Source: Eledone cirrhosa (taxonomy: Eukaryota). Taken from it: a stretch of 64,000 bases of DNA. Below the pieces are notes generated by a model. It ran no database searches. It saw nothing but the letters and a program-made list of their open reading frames with translations, and was not told where the DNA came from. Positions 1-13,843 of the stretch are shown piece by piece. How positions within the stretch are numbered: position 1 is the first letter of the stretch; each line of letters begins with the position of its first letter. The stretch covers positions 346,766,001 to 346,830,000 of the forward strand of contig OZ024743.1 of assembly GCA_964016885.1 (NCBI GenBank), written 5' to 3'. A program made the position numbers and the translations under genes.

Positions 1-1167
1 ATCTCCACACATCTTTTCACAGCAAAATCAATGTTAATGAATGGGTACAGTGACACCACATCCATGCTGCCTATTATGCAGTTGGATAGGCTCCTGTTTT
101 TGTTGCACTCACTGATTCCGCTGAGGAGGTCCTCTGTACTTTCACATACATCTGGGGACATCTTGATTATGGGGCGTATAACCATTGAGAGGAAGTAGGA
201 GATCCTGTAGTTGCTAGCTATATTAGCTCCGCATACGGGTCTTGTTGGTGGTCCTGTTGTCGGGTCGTCGACTGTCTTGTGGTCTTTGCGGAGCCCATAC
301 AAGGGTGGTATGCCATTGTTAGACGCCTGGAAGTTGTTGGCAGTGCGTCTGCTTGGCTTTAGGATGTCAGTCCACATCATCATGTGAGCGTTGAGGATTT
401 TTTCTCTCCCATCGTGTGTTAGTTGTGCAACTTCGCTCGTGTTGGTGATGTGGGGTTGCATTGCCTCGATGTAGTTCGGCATGCTATCTATTGACATCCT
501 ACCAGACTTATCTGTGGGTAGACACACTACCTCACCATCCCCTGTGCGCTGCTTGAGGCTAACCAAGCCTTCTACAGGTTTTATCCCAAGTTGTTGGGCC
601 TCTGGTCTGCTCTGTCTCATAGTGTACCTGTCTACTACTTGTCTAATCTTATTTCTAGCTATGGTGAACTGTGCCTCCGTCTCGTCATCTATTTGCTGTG
701 ATATGCAAACTCTTTTATTAAAGGGTAACCTCGTAGGATAGATATTACCCATCTTATATGTTTTGTCAGCTGGGTTGAAAAATAGTTTCTCTAAGGGGTT
801 GTCGTTATTTCTATCGTCATAGTTGTGTGTGTTGCTATTATTGTTATCATGGTGGTTGTTGTTGTTTCTATCATTAGCATTAATATTATTATTGTTATGA
901 TTGCTAGATGTATTGTTGTTTACTTCACCGTTATTGTTGTTGTTGTTACTGCTATTTCTACCATTGTGGTTGTTACTATTATTATGTTTCTTGTTTTTGT
1001 TGATGTTGCTACATGTACTATTTCCATTATTACCACTGTGGTTATTGTTGTTGTTGTTGTTCGTATTGTTACCGTTATTACTACTGTGGTCACTGTTGCT
1101 GTGTCTGTGGTTAACGTTTCTATTATTATTATTATTGTGGTTGTTGTTGTTCTGTCTATCGCTAGAC
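1..1167 (-). CDS. Penelope-like element reverse transcriptase, N-terminal part; ORF runs off the window start
   Basis: My translation of the minus frame (codons at plus positions divisible by 3) has no stop from ~1251 to 1. It reads an Asn-rich tract, then ...PTRLPFNKRV...GLVSLKQRTGDGEVVCLPTDKSG...GIPPLYGLRKDHK...GPPTRPVCGA...GSMDVVSLYPFINID. DKSG, LYGLxKxHK, PxRPV and DVxSLYP are typical PLE RT motifs. It is absent from the ORF track because no stop falls inside the window. Confidence 0.9.
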
Positions 1168-1457
1168 CTAAGAGAAGTATAAATAAATAAGTAAATTAAA
1201 TTAAATAAAATAAGATAAATAAATACATACACAAGCACATAAAGACACACTAGTCACCCAGCAGACACAACACTATACACACTAGTCACACATCACACAT
1301 AACACTATACACACGCGCAAACGCATGCGCAAAGAAGACAAAATAAAATAAGATAAACAAACAAGCAAATAAATAAATAAATATATAGACAGACTGAACA
1401 CAAAAAAAATGGCGTTAGACATACAACACAACAGGAGGAACAATAAATATAACACCA

Positions 1458-1485
1458 CTGACGATGTTGCAGATGTGCAACGAAA
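1458..1485 (+). ncRNA. Partial hammerhead ribozyme core next to the PLE (probable inverted pseudo-LTR)
   Basis: CTGACGA-T-GTTGCA-gatg-TGCAAC-GAAA; the stem III/cleavage side is not recognisable. Confidence 0.55.
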
Positions 1486-1701
1486 GATTTATGTAAATTA
1501 TGTAAACTATATATATATGTGCTTGTCTATATTGTATCTGTATTATTTTTGACCGCCGGTCAGTCAATGGCAACATTGAGGACCGAGTAAGTTAGATCGC
1601 AGATATATATATATAAGACAGCGAGAAGCGAAAACCAACCAAACAGTGAGTGTGTTCTGTTATTAATTCTGGCAATATTACGCAAATATGACCCTCCCCA
1701 A

Positions 1702-1788
<87 letters not shown>

Positions 1789-2844
1789 TTATATTCATAT
1801 GTATATCTAAGAAGGTCAATTGCTTTAACGTGAAGGTGGATACATCTAGAACAAACCGAATCTATCCACGTAATACATAAATCTACACTCGATCCTAATC
1901 ACCAGACCCCTACAACAGAAGGAAAAGTAAAATTCACACACGTCCTCCAATGTTTTCCAGAGACACAATCAAACTCAATCCCAGCGGTTCCCATAAAGAG
2001 AACTTATCTCAGTCAAGATGGACTTAGTTCAAAAGTTATCACGATAGATTACACATATGCGTAAAACCGGACGGCAATTGTTTTAGCGTGAACGTCATTA
2101 TATCAAGACAAAGCTATCACCGAATTCAAATTAAGATAATCCAGAAACCTACATACAACACTACGCATCAGACCCATACAGCAAAAGGAAAATTAAAATC
2201 ACACACATCCTTCATAACTAAATTCCGAAATTTTGGCTAAACAACTACTAGCATGCACAAATTACCTGGAGAGAGGTGATGAAGCTACCATCCTATTAAC
2301 TAGTTCCTATATGTATGTCTGTCAGTATGTATGTATATATATATGTACACATGTATAGTATGCATGCAAGCATGTATATATATATACATGCAATATGTAG
2401 CCTTAGCACATGGGAGCCTTCACTTCACTCTATTTTGTTCATCCAGAAGCAAACCATCAGATATAATCAAATATATTTTGATTAATCAGTTAATTATACT
2501 CGAACAAAACCTAGTTCTATTAGTCCAACTGAGGGAGGACTATGCCATTATTAGGAGGTATAACAAGATAGGAACATGTCCAGTGTTGCCACAAACGCTC
2601 ACAAACTGATCTGTGAATATTTCCAATTATTTATTGGGAAACTGAAATGTTATCTCCCTTGCGTCTTTTGAGTGTAATTTTCATAAACGCTAATGAATTT
2701 TCTTCCGATTAATATTATAATTTCATTTGATGAGAGAGATTAGTTCTGATTCACAACATTCAATCCTGTAGTCAGCAGTTGATTATATGTATGCATGGAT
2801 GAATGTGTACATGTATATATGTTTGTATTGATATAAAATAACCC

Positions 2845-3173
2845 CCCCCCCCCTTCGGTCACGAATGACCATGGGATTTGCACCTAGAAAGTTTCCCTCC
2901 GAGGCAGCACAAGTCCGGGCAACGTTGTTTGTGGAAGATCAGCAGTCGCCCATGCATACCATCCTCCCCTCTCCACGCCACCGATGTTATCCAAGGGAAA
3001 GGCAATGGCCGATACATCTTAACACCAGTGACGTCGCAGGTCATTTCTACAGCTGAGTAAACTGGAGCAACGTGAAATAAAGTGTCTTGCTCAAGAACAC
3101 AACGCATCGCCCAGTCCGAGAATCAAACTCACAACCTTTCGATTGCAAGTCCAATGCTCTAACCACTAAGCCA
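2845..3173 (-). mobile_element. tRNA-derived SINE, family 2
   Basis: Minus-strand head GCTTAGTGGTTAGAGC...GAGTTTGATTCTC (A/B boxes), then TTGAGCAAGACACTTTATTTCACGTTGCTCC, shared with copies at 21840, 39345 and 62330. Confidence 0.8.
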
Positions 3174-3216
3174 ATGTATGTATATATATATATATATAAT
3201 TATTCGTGTATATCGG

Positions 3217-3271
<55 letters not shown>

Positions 3272-3350
3272 ATATATGTCTATATATATGTATATGTATA
3301 TATATATGTATATATATGTATATATATATATGTACCGATATACACGAATC

Positions 3351-3388
<38 letters not shown>

Positions 3389-4029
3389 TATATTCATGCA
3401 CACACACACAAATACGCACAACCACATACACACATACACAAAGACACGCGCGGATACACACACACACACACACATACGTACGCACACCCACGCACACACG
3501 CACACACAGACACACACACTTATATATGTATATATAATGAGAGAGAGAGAGAGACATAAAAATGTAGAGGGAGAGACGTGGACAAACAAACTGACTACTA
3601 CATTTCCATATATTTTTATATCGGGTCTTACGTATATTTTATGCGATATAGCTGTGTATGGGTGTGTTCGAGCTTGTGTATATTGACATGTGTGTGCGTG
3701 TGTGTATGTGTGTGTGAGTGTGTGTGGTATGCCTGAATGTGTATGTGTCTGTGTGAATGTGCACAGCAGCAGCTGTTCGACAGGAATAGAGGCAGTGGGA
3801 GGAGGTATATTGTGAATGAGGGTGTGAGGAAGAAGTTAAGACGGTTTAGTGAATCGAGATATTTAGCCCGGCTGTACACATCACACACTATAAGTATCTG
3901 TAAATCTGTAAAACACAGGCATGTATATATACACATATATCAACGTCATGTCTCTATGAATTACACTATAATACATGTATAAAATAATATACATCAGTGT
4001 ATAGGAATCGGTGTAAAATATATATATAT

Positions 4030-4072
<43 letters not shown>

Positions 4073-4080
<8 letters not shown>

Positions 4081-4351
4081 TATAAATATTAATAAAATAG
4101 ATGTTCTTTTGATCAATTACATTTTATTATACATATTTCGGATGTACAACAGTACGTCCTCATCAGACAAAATATAACAGACAAAACATCCGAAATATGT
4201 ATAATAAAATGTAATTGATCAAAAGAACATCCATTTTATTAATATTTATATTTTAATATTAATAACTCTGGAAAATAATTTTTCTCGTAGAGTGCTTCCA
4301 ATCTACTGTAAAACTCATTCTTTGACATAATCATCGAATATCGTTTAACAC

Positions 4352-4356
<5 letters not shown>
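4073..4356 (+). mobile_element. Palindromic mini-element (family C) in (TA)n with a hammerhead core
   Basis: Inverted arms ~4073-4145 / 4186-4258 plus a unique tail. Minus strand 4166-4130 reads CTGATGA-GGAcGTAC-tgtt-GTACaTCC-GAAA-tat-GTA. Confidence 0.7.
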
Positions 4357-4417
<61 letters not shown>

Positions 4418-4560
4418 ATAATAATAAATTTGAAGACTAAAATCCAAAGAGGGCTCGATAAGGATAAATGGGAGTGTCTGTATGTGTGTATGAAGGTAAT
4501 GAACCGATCGAGGAAAAGGAATCAGACGCATTCATACACACTCACACACGCGCATGGTGT

Positions 4561-4644
<84 letters not shown>

Positions 4645-5867
4645 TATTTCTTTTATTTGCCACTAGGGCATCAAAAGTGGGACAAGTACAAAGGGGGGAG
4701 TTTACACAAAAAGGCGTCCTCAATAAGGAGGAGGCAATAACAAAATATAAAAATAAAATAAGATATAATAAAAAATAAAATTTTTAACAAAATCCTCAAT
4801 AGAGAGGAGGCGCCTTGGGGGGTCGCACACACCCCCGAAAAAAGTGTGCAACCCTTCTCCTCAGGAGCACAGAGAAGGGGTGCTCCCTTGGTCTTTCATC
4901 TTCCTCACCTATAGTCTGATGTAGAGTGAAGGCCCATTCACACGGGCCATTCTCGCCACTTTCACCCATCTTTCATAGAAACGGCTGGGGTGCAGCACCT
5001 CTCTCTCCATCCTGATCCTTCTTCCGAAATGATATCGGAAGAAACGGACCAGTTGTTGGCCAGAGAGAAAGGTGCCCGACCTCAGTCCTTTCAGACGCGT
5101 CCACCATACAACCTCTTTCGCCATGGCTATTACGCACAGAAACACCGCCTCTGCTTCATCTTTGAAGGGGGGAGGCGGCTTGATCATTACAATAGACTCG
5201 GTGGTCAACCGGGTCGGTTCCACCCTTGACAGCAGTTGTTCGACATAGCCCCACAGATCGGCTACGCCCGAGCAGTGTACCAATGCGTGTGCAACGGTTT
5301 CCTCGTCGCACACGCATCTGGGACAGATCTTTTTGGCGGGGTCCCTACCCGGGCGCCCGTGTCTGTAGAGCCTTTCTCGAACGGGTAAAGCCCCTCGGTA
5401 GCACTGCCAGGCCAGGGACTTCTGGAAGTTGTCCATAGGTCCCGGGCTGAATGTCCTACCGAACAGGCTGGCCAGTTCGTCCTCCTCCATGTCTAGGGCT
5501 TCTCCGAGGGCGTCGTCGCACCTGCTGCGCACCAGCCCTCTATAGAATGTTGCGGTGGAGTCTCCACTGATAACCGGATCCGCCTGCCAGAGGGCGGTCA
5601 GCGCCTGGGCACACTCAGTGTGCCAGGCGCCCAGTTTTCTCGGTCTTTGCTTGACCCAGGATTGCAGCTCGGTGAGTGAGACGAGTCTGGGAAAGGTTCG
5701 TCTCACAAACGAGGCCCACACCGGTTGTCCGGTGAGGAATACGTAGAGGTGCCGTAGCCTTAATGCGTGTTTACGCATCATTAGCCACGGCATCCCCAGC
5801 CCTCCTTTCGAAGGGTGTTGACAGCAGATGGATCTCCTCACCATAGGAGCCCGCCTCTTCCAAAGGA

Positions 5868-5868
<1 letters not shown>
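4645..5868 (-). mobile_element. 5'-truncated Tx1/L1-clade LINE (copy 1) inserted in (GATA)n
   Basis: ORF2 C-terminus FLWKRRAPMVRRSICCQHPSKGGLGMP...CPRCVCDEETVAHALVHC (CCHC-type finger); 3' UTR with AATAAA just before the junction; (GATA)n at 4561-4644 and 5868-5908. Confidence 0.92.
4909..5867 (-). CDS. Tx1-like ORF2 C-terminal region (post-RT domain and zinc finger), uninterrupted but 5'-truncated
   Basis: Part of ORF 4909..6099; the residues upstream of FLWK are translated microsatellite and flank. Confidence 0.85.
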
Positions 5869-5909
<41 letters not shown>

Positions 5910-6121
5910 GGCTAGACCTTCTGAGTGGAGTTATTTCGCAGATCACTCTGCAATGTGTAGAAATATACACACATTTACGTAAGCATAAACTCCGATATAT
6001 GTGTATGCATGTATATAGACATACATACATACACACATATGTGTATGCATATATATAGACATACATACATACACACACAAACACGCACGACCCCTCCACC
6101 GCACACGCATATATATATATA

Positions 6122-6172
<51 letters not shown>

Positions 6173-6308
6173 ACATAATTTACAACTGCACTCTACTTTT
6201 CTTAAGTTTAGTTTACTAAGTTGAATGGTCTATCTGGTTTTAACTACTAACATGTTATCCATATTATATATCAGAATTGTTGTTTAAAATATACTAGTAA
6301 TTATTGTA

Positions 6309-6353
<45 letters not shown>

Positions 6354-6367
6354 ACACACACACACAC

Positions 6368-6421
<54 letters not shown>

Positions 6422-6462
6422 ACAAACACACACACAAGTACACACACACAAACACACACACA

Positions 6463-6539
<77 letters not shown>

Positions 6540-6893
6540 CATGCATGAGTGTCTGTGCATGTGGGTTTTGAATGGATGTATATATGTTTCCGATGAATAG
6601 ATCATGGAGAAAAAAAACAACTCTGTGTGATGTCGAGAGCCAAAATATATGATATGAATAAAATCTCAACATTTCATACAAAACCAAAATGCCTGAAAGT
6701 TGGTTGTGCCTGAAGATAACTATACATGCTGATATAGATGCAAACTTCAAACACCATATTCTATGGTGTTTGCATTTGTGATGAGACCTTATTCATATTA
6801 TATCTTAACTATAATAAAGAAAGGAGTGTGGGACTGCGTCCAGAATATATTTTTTAACACCGTTTATAAAATAAGTTGGATTACTTTGAATAA

Positions 6894-7084
6894 ATAATTG
6901 TTCCTACTTTTGGCACAAGGCCAGCAATTATCCAGTGTATTACTGGTACTTTATTTTATCGACCCCGTAAGGATGAAAGGCAAAGTTAACCTCGGCGGGA
7001 TTTGAACTCAGAATGGAAAGGGCCGTAACTCTTTGCGTCAGAGCATAGCGTCCGACCCTCGACCGATACTGCCAATCCACCGCC
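6894..7084 (-). mobile_element. tRNA-derived SINE, family 1 (full length)
   Basis: Minus-strand GGCGGTGGATTGGCAGTATCGG (A box), GAGTTCAAATCCC (B box), central GCCTTTCATCCTTACGGGGTCGATAAAATAAAGTACCAG, 3' GGCCTTGTGCCAAAAGTAG; more than 15 copies or fragments in the window. Confidence 0.9.
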
Positions 7085-7478
7085 TTTGAATAAATAATGA
7101 ATGAATATGACATAATTTGTGTGCTAAATTTCGTGGCTGTTGATTAAATATATTTTATAGCTTATTTAAAGATTCACTTCTTTAACATTTTCAAATGTCA
7201 ACACTTCCGGTTAGCGGAATATCGCATATATTTCCGTCACAAATTTTCTCCTAATGCAGTTTATATATAATACCGACTTTTTTTAATATATCATAGATTA
7301 CGTTACTGATTACATAAGACTGTGTAACACAGTCTTCGTTCAATTTCTGTGTATATTGTCAATTACGATTTTATTTGATGTATCATATCTACATGTATAT
7401 ATACCTGTGTATAATATCAATATACACACTACACATGCTAACAGAAAACCACCCGAGGTTATATATATATATATATAC

Positions 7479-7514
<36 letters not shown>

Positions 7515-7519
7515 CATAC

Positions 7520-7551
<32 letters not shown>

Positions 7552-7564
7552 GTATATATGTATG

Positions 7565-7650
<86 letters not shown>

Positions 7651-7675
7651 TATATATATATACATACATATATAT

Positions 7676-7777
<102 letters not shown>

Positions 7778-7975
7778 ATATATATATATATATCGCCACC
7801 GACAAATGCGAGAAAGTTCTCCAGGAAAGTTAACAAGGAATCTTTAAAAATCTCCCCACCTAAGTTAACAAAGAACTTATTAGATCTACCAAATCATAAT
7901 ATTATAAAATTAAATCAAATTGTTTAGAACTACAATTGATAAATATACATATATAAATATACATAAATATATATA

Positions 7976-8157
7976 TAGGAACAAGTAAGACCCCGACGGC
8001 TGAGCTCAAGCCGTTTCGACGTCCAGAATTAGCCGTCGAAACGGCTTGAGCTCAGCCGTCGGGGTCTTACTTGTTCCTATTACCCACTCTACTACCCTAA
8101 GTATTGAGTACTTTGGTGCGTTATGGTTTACCTGGTTCCTTACCACTTTTACTTCGT

Positions 8158-8158
<1 letters not shown>
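7976..8158 (+). mobile_element. Palindromic mini-element family B in (TA)n
   Basis: Inverted arms centred near 8028, GAAACGGCT-tgagctc-AGCCGTC-GGGGTC hammerhead 3' half, tail containing GTATTGAGTAC; homologous to 14279, 32418, 34246 and 42920. Confidence 0.85.
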
Positions 8159-8193
<35 letters not shown>

Positions 8194-8574
8194 TGCGATG
8201 TATCCGATGTTAGTTTTAGTGCCGGGAGCTGTACTGAGCTCCAAATTTTGTGTGACTGATGTGACATGTTATATACATCGCTAACAGGGGTTTTATCTTT
8301 ATGAAATCGATTACTGGAAATAAATGCAACTTATGATGTTTTTTGTGGTCCTGGCATGTAATTTGTGATATGTAACATGGACGGCTATTGAAATTGTGGT
8401 CAGAATTCAGGCAGTGCAGATGTGATCACTTCTACACCTAGTACTATATGTGAGATCAACAAAGTAGCATTCAGATGTTAGTGGATTTTATGCTTATGAA
8501 ATCATATGTAATTCATAAATTAAACTGACAGAATAAATACTCATTACTATCAGATTATATGTTCTTTAATGTTT

Positions 8575-9160
8575 ATGTTATACACTTCTCTCAATCTCAC
8601 TCACTCTCAAACTCTCTCTCACACACACACTCTCTCTCTCACTCCCTCTCTCTCATTAAATTTTATATCATACACTTCCCTCACTCTCACTCCCTCTCTC
8701 TCTCTCTCTCACTCCCTGTCTCTCATTAATTTTTATATTATACACTTCTCTCACTCTCACTCTCTCTGACTCCCTCCCACTCCACCACTCTCCCTCTCAC
8801 TCCCTCTCTCTCATTAAATTTTATATTATACATTTCTCTCACTCTCACTCTCTCACTCTCTCTCTCTCACTCCCTCTCTCTCTCACATCCCCTCTCTCAT
8901 TAATTTTTATATTATACACTTCTCTCACTCTCTCACACACTCTCTCTCTCTCTCACACTCCCTCTCACTCCCTCTCTCTCTCTCACTCCCTCTATCTCTC
9001 TCACTCCCTCTCTCTCATTAAATTTTATAATATACACTTCTCTCATTCTCACTCTCTCACTCTCTCTCACTCCCTCTGACTCCCTCTCTCACTACCTCTC
9101 TCTCTATCTATCTACCTATCTCTCTCTCTTTATGTATCCATCTGTCTCTCTCTCACTTTA
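8575..9160 (+). repeat. TC-rich minisatellite with recurring CATTAAATTTTATATTATACACTTCTCTCACTCTC unit
   Basis: About 6 imperfect copies separated by (CT)-rich spacers. Confidence 0.8.
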
Positions 9161-9299
9161 TTTATATATATATATATATTTCACTATAATTGTGTGTCAT
9201 GACGCTTTTGAGCTCTACTAGTGACATGTGACTCAGAACATGTTGCATTGTCTTGTCGTCGGCGAAAAAAACCGGCAACCCCACCAAGCCTGCTTGATG

Positions 9300-10250
9300 A
9301 GGAGGGTGATATCTGGAAACAAATTACAACCCCTCTGTTCAAGCTAGGGCTATTATGGGTACAATACGATCTCAGGGTTCCCCTTCAGAACTACACACCA
9401 GCATGAAATCCCGAGTCAAAACACAAGATGGAGAGACAGAATATTTCCATATAGTGTCTGGGGTTCTTCTAGGGCATTCTCTAGCCATTGTTTCTCTTTA
9501 TAATTGTTCTGGACTACATACTACGTATTCCATTTGATGGTAACAAGACGAAAGGGTTAATGCCTAAGCCTAGAAAAAGCACATAATATCCTACTCAAAC
9601 TCATGCACTGGGATCAGCTGCTACTCATGTTGGACTCTATTGAAATGACCCCAAAACTAGGTTTATTTGAAAAGAATCTGATGTTAACATAGTCACAATA
9701 AAAAGGAAAGCCTTAAAGCAAGAAGACATTAAGTAGCTTGGTTCCTTCATAATGAACTCAGAAATAGACTTCCAAATACGTCGAGACCTGACCTGGAATG
9801 CATTTCATAAACTTGATAAAATGTGGAAATCTAATATACCAAACTAACTTAAAATCAGCCTGTTTAGAACAAGTGGAGCCTAAACTGCTCAAAGTTTCTG
9901 AGATTTCGAGCTTGTACTCTCGTCTACAGAGCCGTTTAGATGGATGTGAACAACCCTGCTGATAAAGTCTCAAAATATTCCTTGGAAGAACCATCCCACT
10001 CTTAATCAGATATTCTGAAAAATTTCAAAAAGTAAGTGCACGACTGATTGATTGCTGGAGTCTACTTCCGCGAAAAAGATGAGACAATTTTAGATATGTT
10101 GTGGGATATCTCCTCTACCAGAAATCTCAGATATCAAGATACCTTAGCAAGAGTCACTGGCATTGACAAGGAAGACCTGAAAACCTTGATGGAAAACAGG
10201 CTGTTCGCGGGATGTTGTGCATGCTGTCTCATTTCAGGGTGATAATTATA
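9300..10250 (+). pseudogene. Decayed RTE-group (RTE-X-like) LINE RT fragment
   Basis: KSRVKTQDGETEYFHIVSGVLLGHSLA..LFIIVLDYIL (cf. GVLQGDTLAPFLFIIVLDY), later IDFQIRRDLTWNAFHKLDKMWKS; many frameshifts. Confidence 0.75.
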
Positions 10251-10318
10251 AGTCTATAAAACTGAAAAAACATACGCTTCGCTAAAGAGATGTAATAATA
10301 CGGAAGCATTATTATTTA

Positions 10319-10655
10319 CATCCTTACGGGGTCGATAAAATAAAGTACCAATAATGTACTAGGGTGGTTGCTGGCCATGTGCCAAAAGTAGAAACAATTA
10401 TTACATATATATATATATATATATATATAAACAAACAGTTCTATATGAATAAAACGCGGGTACCTGTCACAACTTGCCTCAAATGAGACAACCTCAGTAA
10501 CCGATTCTGGCGTGGAAATTGGACGTTAAACGATGATGAGTATGATGATAATTGTTTCTACTTTAGGCACAAGGCCAGCAATTGCCCAGTACATTACTGG
10601 TACTTTATTTTATCGACCCCGTAAGGATGAAAGGCAAAGTTAACCTCGGCGGGAT
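10319..10655. mobile_element. Two partial family-1 SINEs (+ at 10319-10400, - at 10549-10655)
   Basis: CATCCTTACGGGGTCGATAAAATAAAGTACC and its reverse complement. Confidence 0.8.
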
Positions 10656-10983
10656 TGATATATATATACATATGTAAACACACACACAAACAGACACATA
10701 TATACATCTTTATATATATATCTATATATATATATCAATAATTGTATATGCGTTGATGTATGTGTGTATATTGACTACAGGATAAGAGTGATGAAAGAGG
10801 CACAGCACAAGACGCGGAAATTAAACATATTTAGACATAAGCGGAAAATTGGATAAAAGTATGTGTCAGAAATTAACTGGAAAGCCACCATAAAGTACAT
10901 ATAACATATATAGTTCGAACACACAAAATTCATATCTACATACACACACATATGTATATATATATATGTGTATGTGTGTGTGT

Positions 10984-11034
<51 letters not shown>

Positions 11035-11077
11035 TGTCTTTGTGAACAAAAATAGAGTACCCAATAAGTAAGTAAAA

Positions 11078-11122
<45 letters not shown>

Positions 11123-11168
11123 TAATGTATATATATATATATGTATATACATTATATATATATATATA

Positions 11169-11206
<38 letters not shown>

Positions 11207-11207
11207 C

Positions 11208-11300
<93 letters not shown>

Positions 11301-11422
11301 GTTATATATATATATATATATATATGTATATACACTTTTAGATATATACTGGTAATGAGGTACAGACTACATGTTGTAATAGATTTAGTGTTGCTAACAT
11401 GTAAACAGGTAAATACGCTTAT

Positions 11423-11596
<174 letters not shown>

Positions 11597-12159
11597 GTAG
11601 TCAATTCTGAACCTTAATCCAGATGGTTCAATATTTGTATTTATAAGCTTCTCTGAGTTATATTCTAAGCGATAGTATTCATTGAGATGTAATATATATA
11701 TAACTGACTAAATCTTAAATATGTATTAATGGCTACACCTTAATAGTCGAGTTGATAGACGTTTTTTAAATTGACTGTTATTTCTAGTAAAAATGTATAC
11801 TCGTCACCTCGTCCCTTCTGTACAAAGTTTGTCTTGTTGTTATTTCTACGCATGCGTGTTTTGTGCGCCAAGCCCAGCAACAAACAGTTTAATATACCTT
11901 AACTCTCTTAATTGTAATATCAGAAATTCGCTCTCTGTCGATCAAGTATTTTCTGGTGGTAATTAGCCGCGTTAATTAATTAGGATGGTTGATTCTGTTA
12001 TTCTAACTTGTGAAACTGCAGTTAGAGGATATTGAAAGATTGTTATAAGAACTTTTGCCTCTAGGGATGAGCTAGTGATGTTCTTTATTTTACCGTGCTT
12101 TACAGCAATCTTGCCCCTGACCCTTAATCGAGATTCAAGATTCGTACATACATACATAA

Positions 12160-12244
<85 letters not shown>

Positions 12245-12248
<4 letters not shown>

Positions 12249-12443
12249 GGTGAGATTCTATAGGACTAGAACTGTTTCATTCATTAGAAATCATCAGGAA
12301 TCTGGGTATCAGATTCCTGATGATTTCTAATGAATGAAACAGTTCTAGTCCTGTAGAATCTCACCTATATTAAAACTTTTATACTCTGCTATGTATTGAG
12401 TACCTTACTTACTGTGGTTACCTCCGATTCAACCCGGAATAAC

Positions 12444-12444
<1 letters not shown>
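12245..12444 (+). mobile_element. Palindromic mini-element family A in (TA)n with two opposed hammerhead motifs
   Basis: Arms 12245-12304 / 12310-12369 are near-perfect inverted repeats, followed by a tail ...GTATTGAGTACCTTACTTACTGTGGTTACCTCCGATTCAACCCGGAATAACG. Confidence 0.88.
12311..12361 (+). ncRNA. Type I hammerhead ribozyme
   Basis: Stem I AGATTC/GAATCT; CTGATGA 12317-12323; stem II TTC-taat-GAA with a U-U at 10.1/11.1; GAA; stem III ACAG/CTGT; cleavage triplet GTA ending at 12355. Confidence 0.8.
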
Positions 12445-12478
<34 letters not shown>

Positions 12479-12497
12479 CATACATATATATATATAT

Positions 12498-12591
<94 letters not shown>

Positions 12592-12599
12592 GAATCAAG

Positions 12600-13330
12600 A
12601 AACCGGCAGAAGCTACTTTGTTATAGCAAGAGTTAGATGCCATATACGAATGCGCTGAAGACAACAATATGCTATTGAATGCAGGTAAGTTTTAAGCACT
12701 CGCTATCAACTTACAATCATAGGACCATCACAACAAAGGTACACTGGACCAGTAGGAATCGAAATACCCGAGTTAAGATGCATCATTTCCTGCAAACATC
12801 ACGAAAATGACGGCAATGAGCAGCCGACTAACGGGTTGGATTCCAAGGATTTCAGGACAAGAAACACGAAAACCATGTTGCTCGTCTGGAGGTCTTTTGT
12901 CCACAGCCGGCATGACTGTTGCTATCAGATGTAGTCGCCCCACAGGGTGAAAGTAACTGCAGAACATAAAGCAATCCAACGGACATAGATCAAGAGAATT
13001 GCCTCAATGAAAGAGATAGGCTCCCTAGGTCTAAGACGGGAGAGAAACGCAGTGATTATACGTATAGATGATTCTGGGTGGGCTAGCATCAAACTTTAGC
13101 ATTGAAGGCACAACCAGCCAATGAGAGGACGCCAGAGTGTAGTGCCGAATATTCCATCCGTCCAATTAAAAATAAGGACCACATGCTGCAATAGCTGTGA
13201 GATCACTAAAGCCCAGCACTTTAATAAGCAGCCAAAAAGTCTGAGAGAGCTACATGGTGTGCATTTAGATGTTTTCAAGGGGCAATATCTCCGATGAACC
13301 CGAAACACGAGGCATAGCGAATATAAGGGC
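12600..13330 (+). pseudogene. Decayed CR1/L2-group LINE ORF2 3' part
   Basis: LDAIYECAEDNNMLLNAGKF..., FRTRNTKTMLLVWRSFVHSRHDCCYQM*SPH..., RRER; frameshifted. Confidence 0.7.
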
Positions 13331-13541
13331 AACAGGAACAAACTCCATTTTGCATCAATGGCCAGCCAAGCAGAGGTGGCTGTAGAAAGTGCACAGTCGG
13401 CAGATACACGAAATAGAATAATACTCAGACAAACACACCCACACATATATACACACACACACGCATACATACACATATATATATATATATAAATATATAC
13501 ATATATATATACATATATACATGCATACATACATACACACA

Positions 13542-13614
<73 letters not shown>

Positions 13615-13765
13615 TTATATATATATATATGTGTGTGTATATTTATTGGTGGGATGGACTATTTACAACTTGCCGACTAATTGCCTGGATAATCTTAGTT
13701 AATCGAAGTTTTCAACTTAACGTATAACACATGTGTTACCCTAACATATATAAATATACGTGTGC

Positions 13766-13802
<37 letters not shown>

Positions 13803-13805
13803 TGT

Positions 13806-13843
<38 letters not shown>

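Noticed and set aside
825-1190. Hydrophobic Val/Ile/Leu-rich plus-strand ORFs (also 30152-30412) resembling membrane proteins
   Set aside because: Antisense shadows of Asn-rich tracts in the PLE ORF and in LINE ORF1
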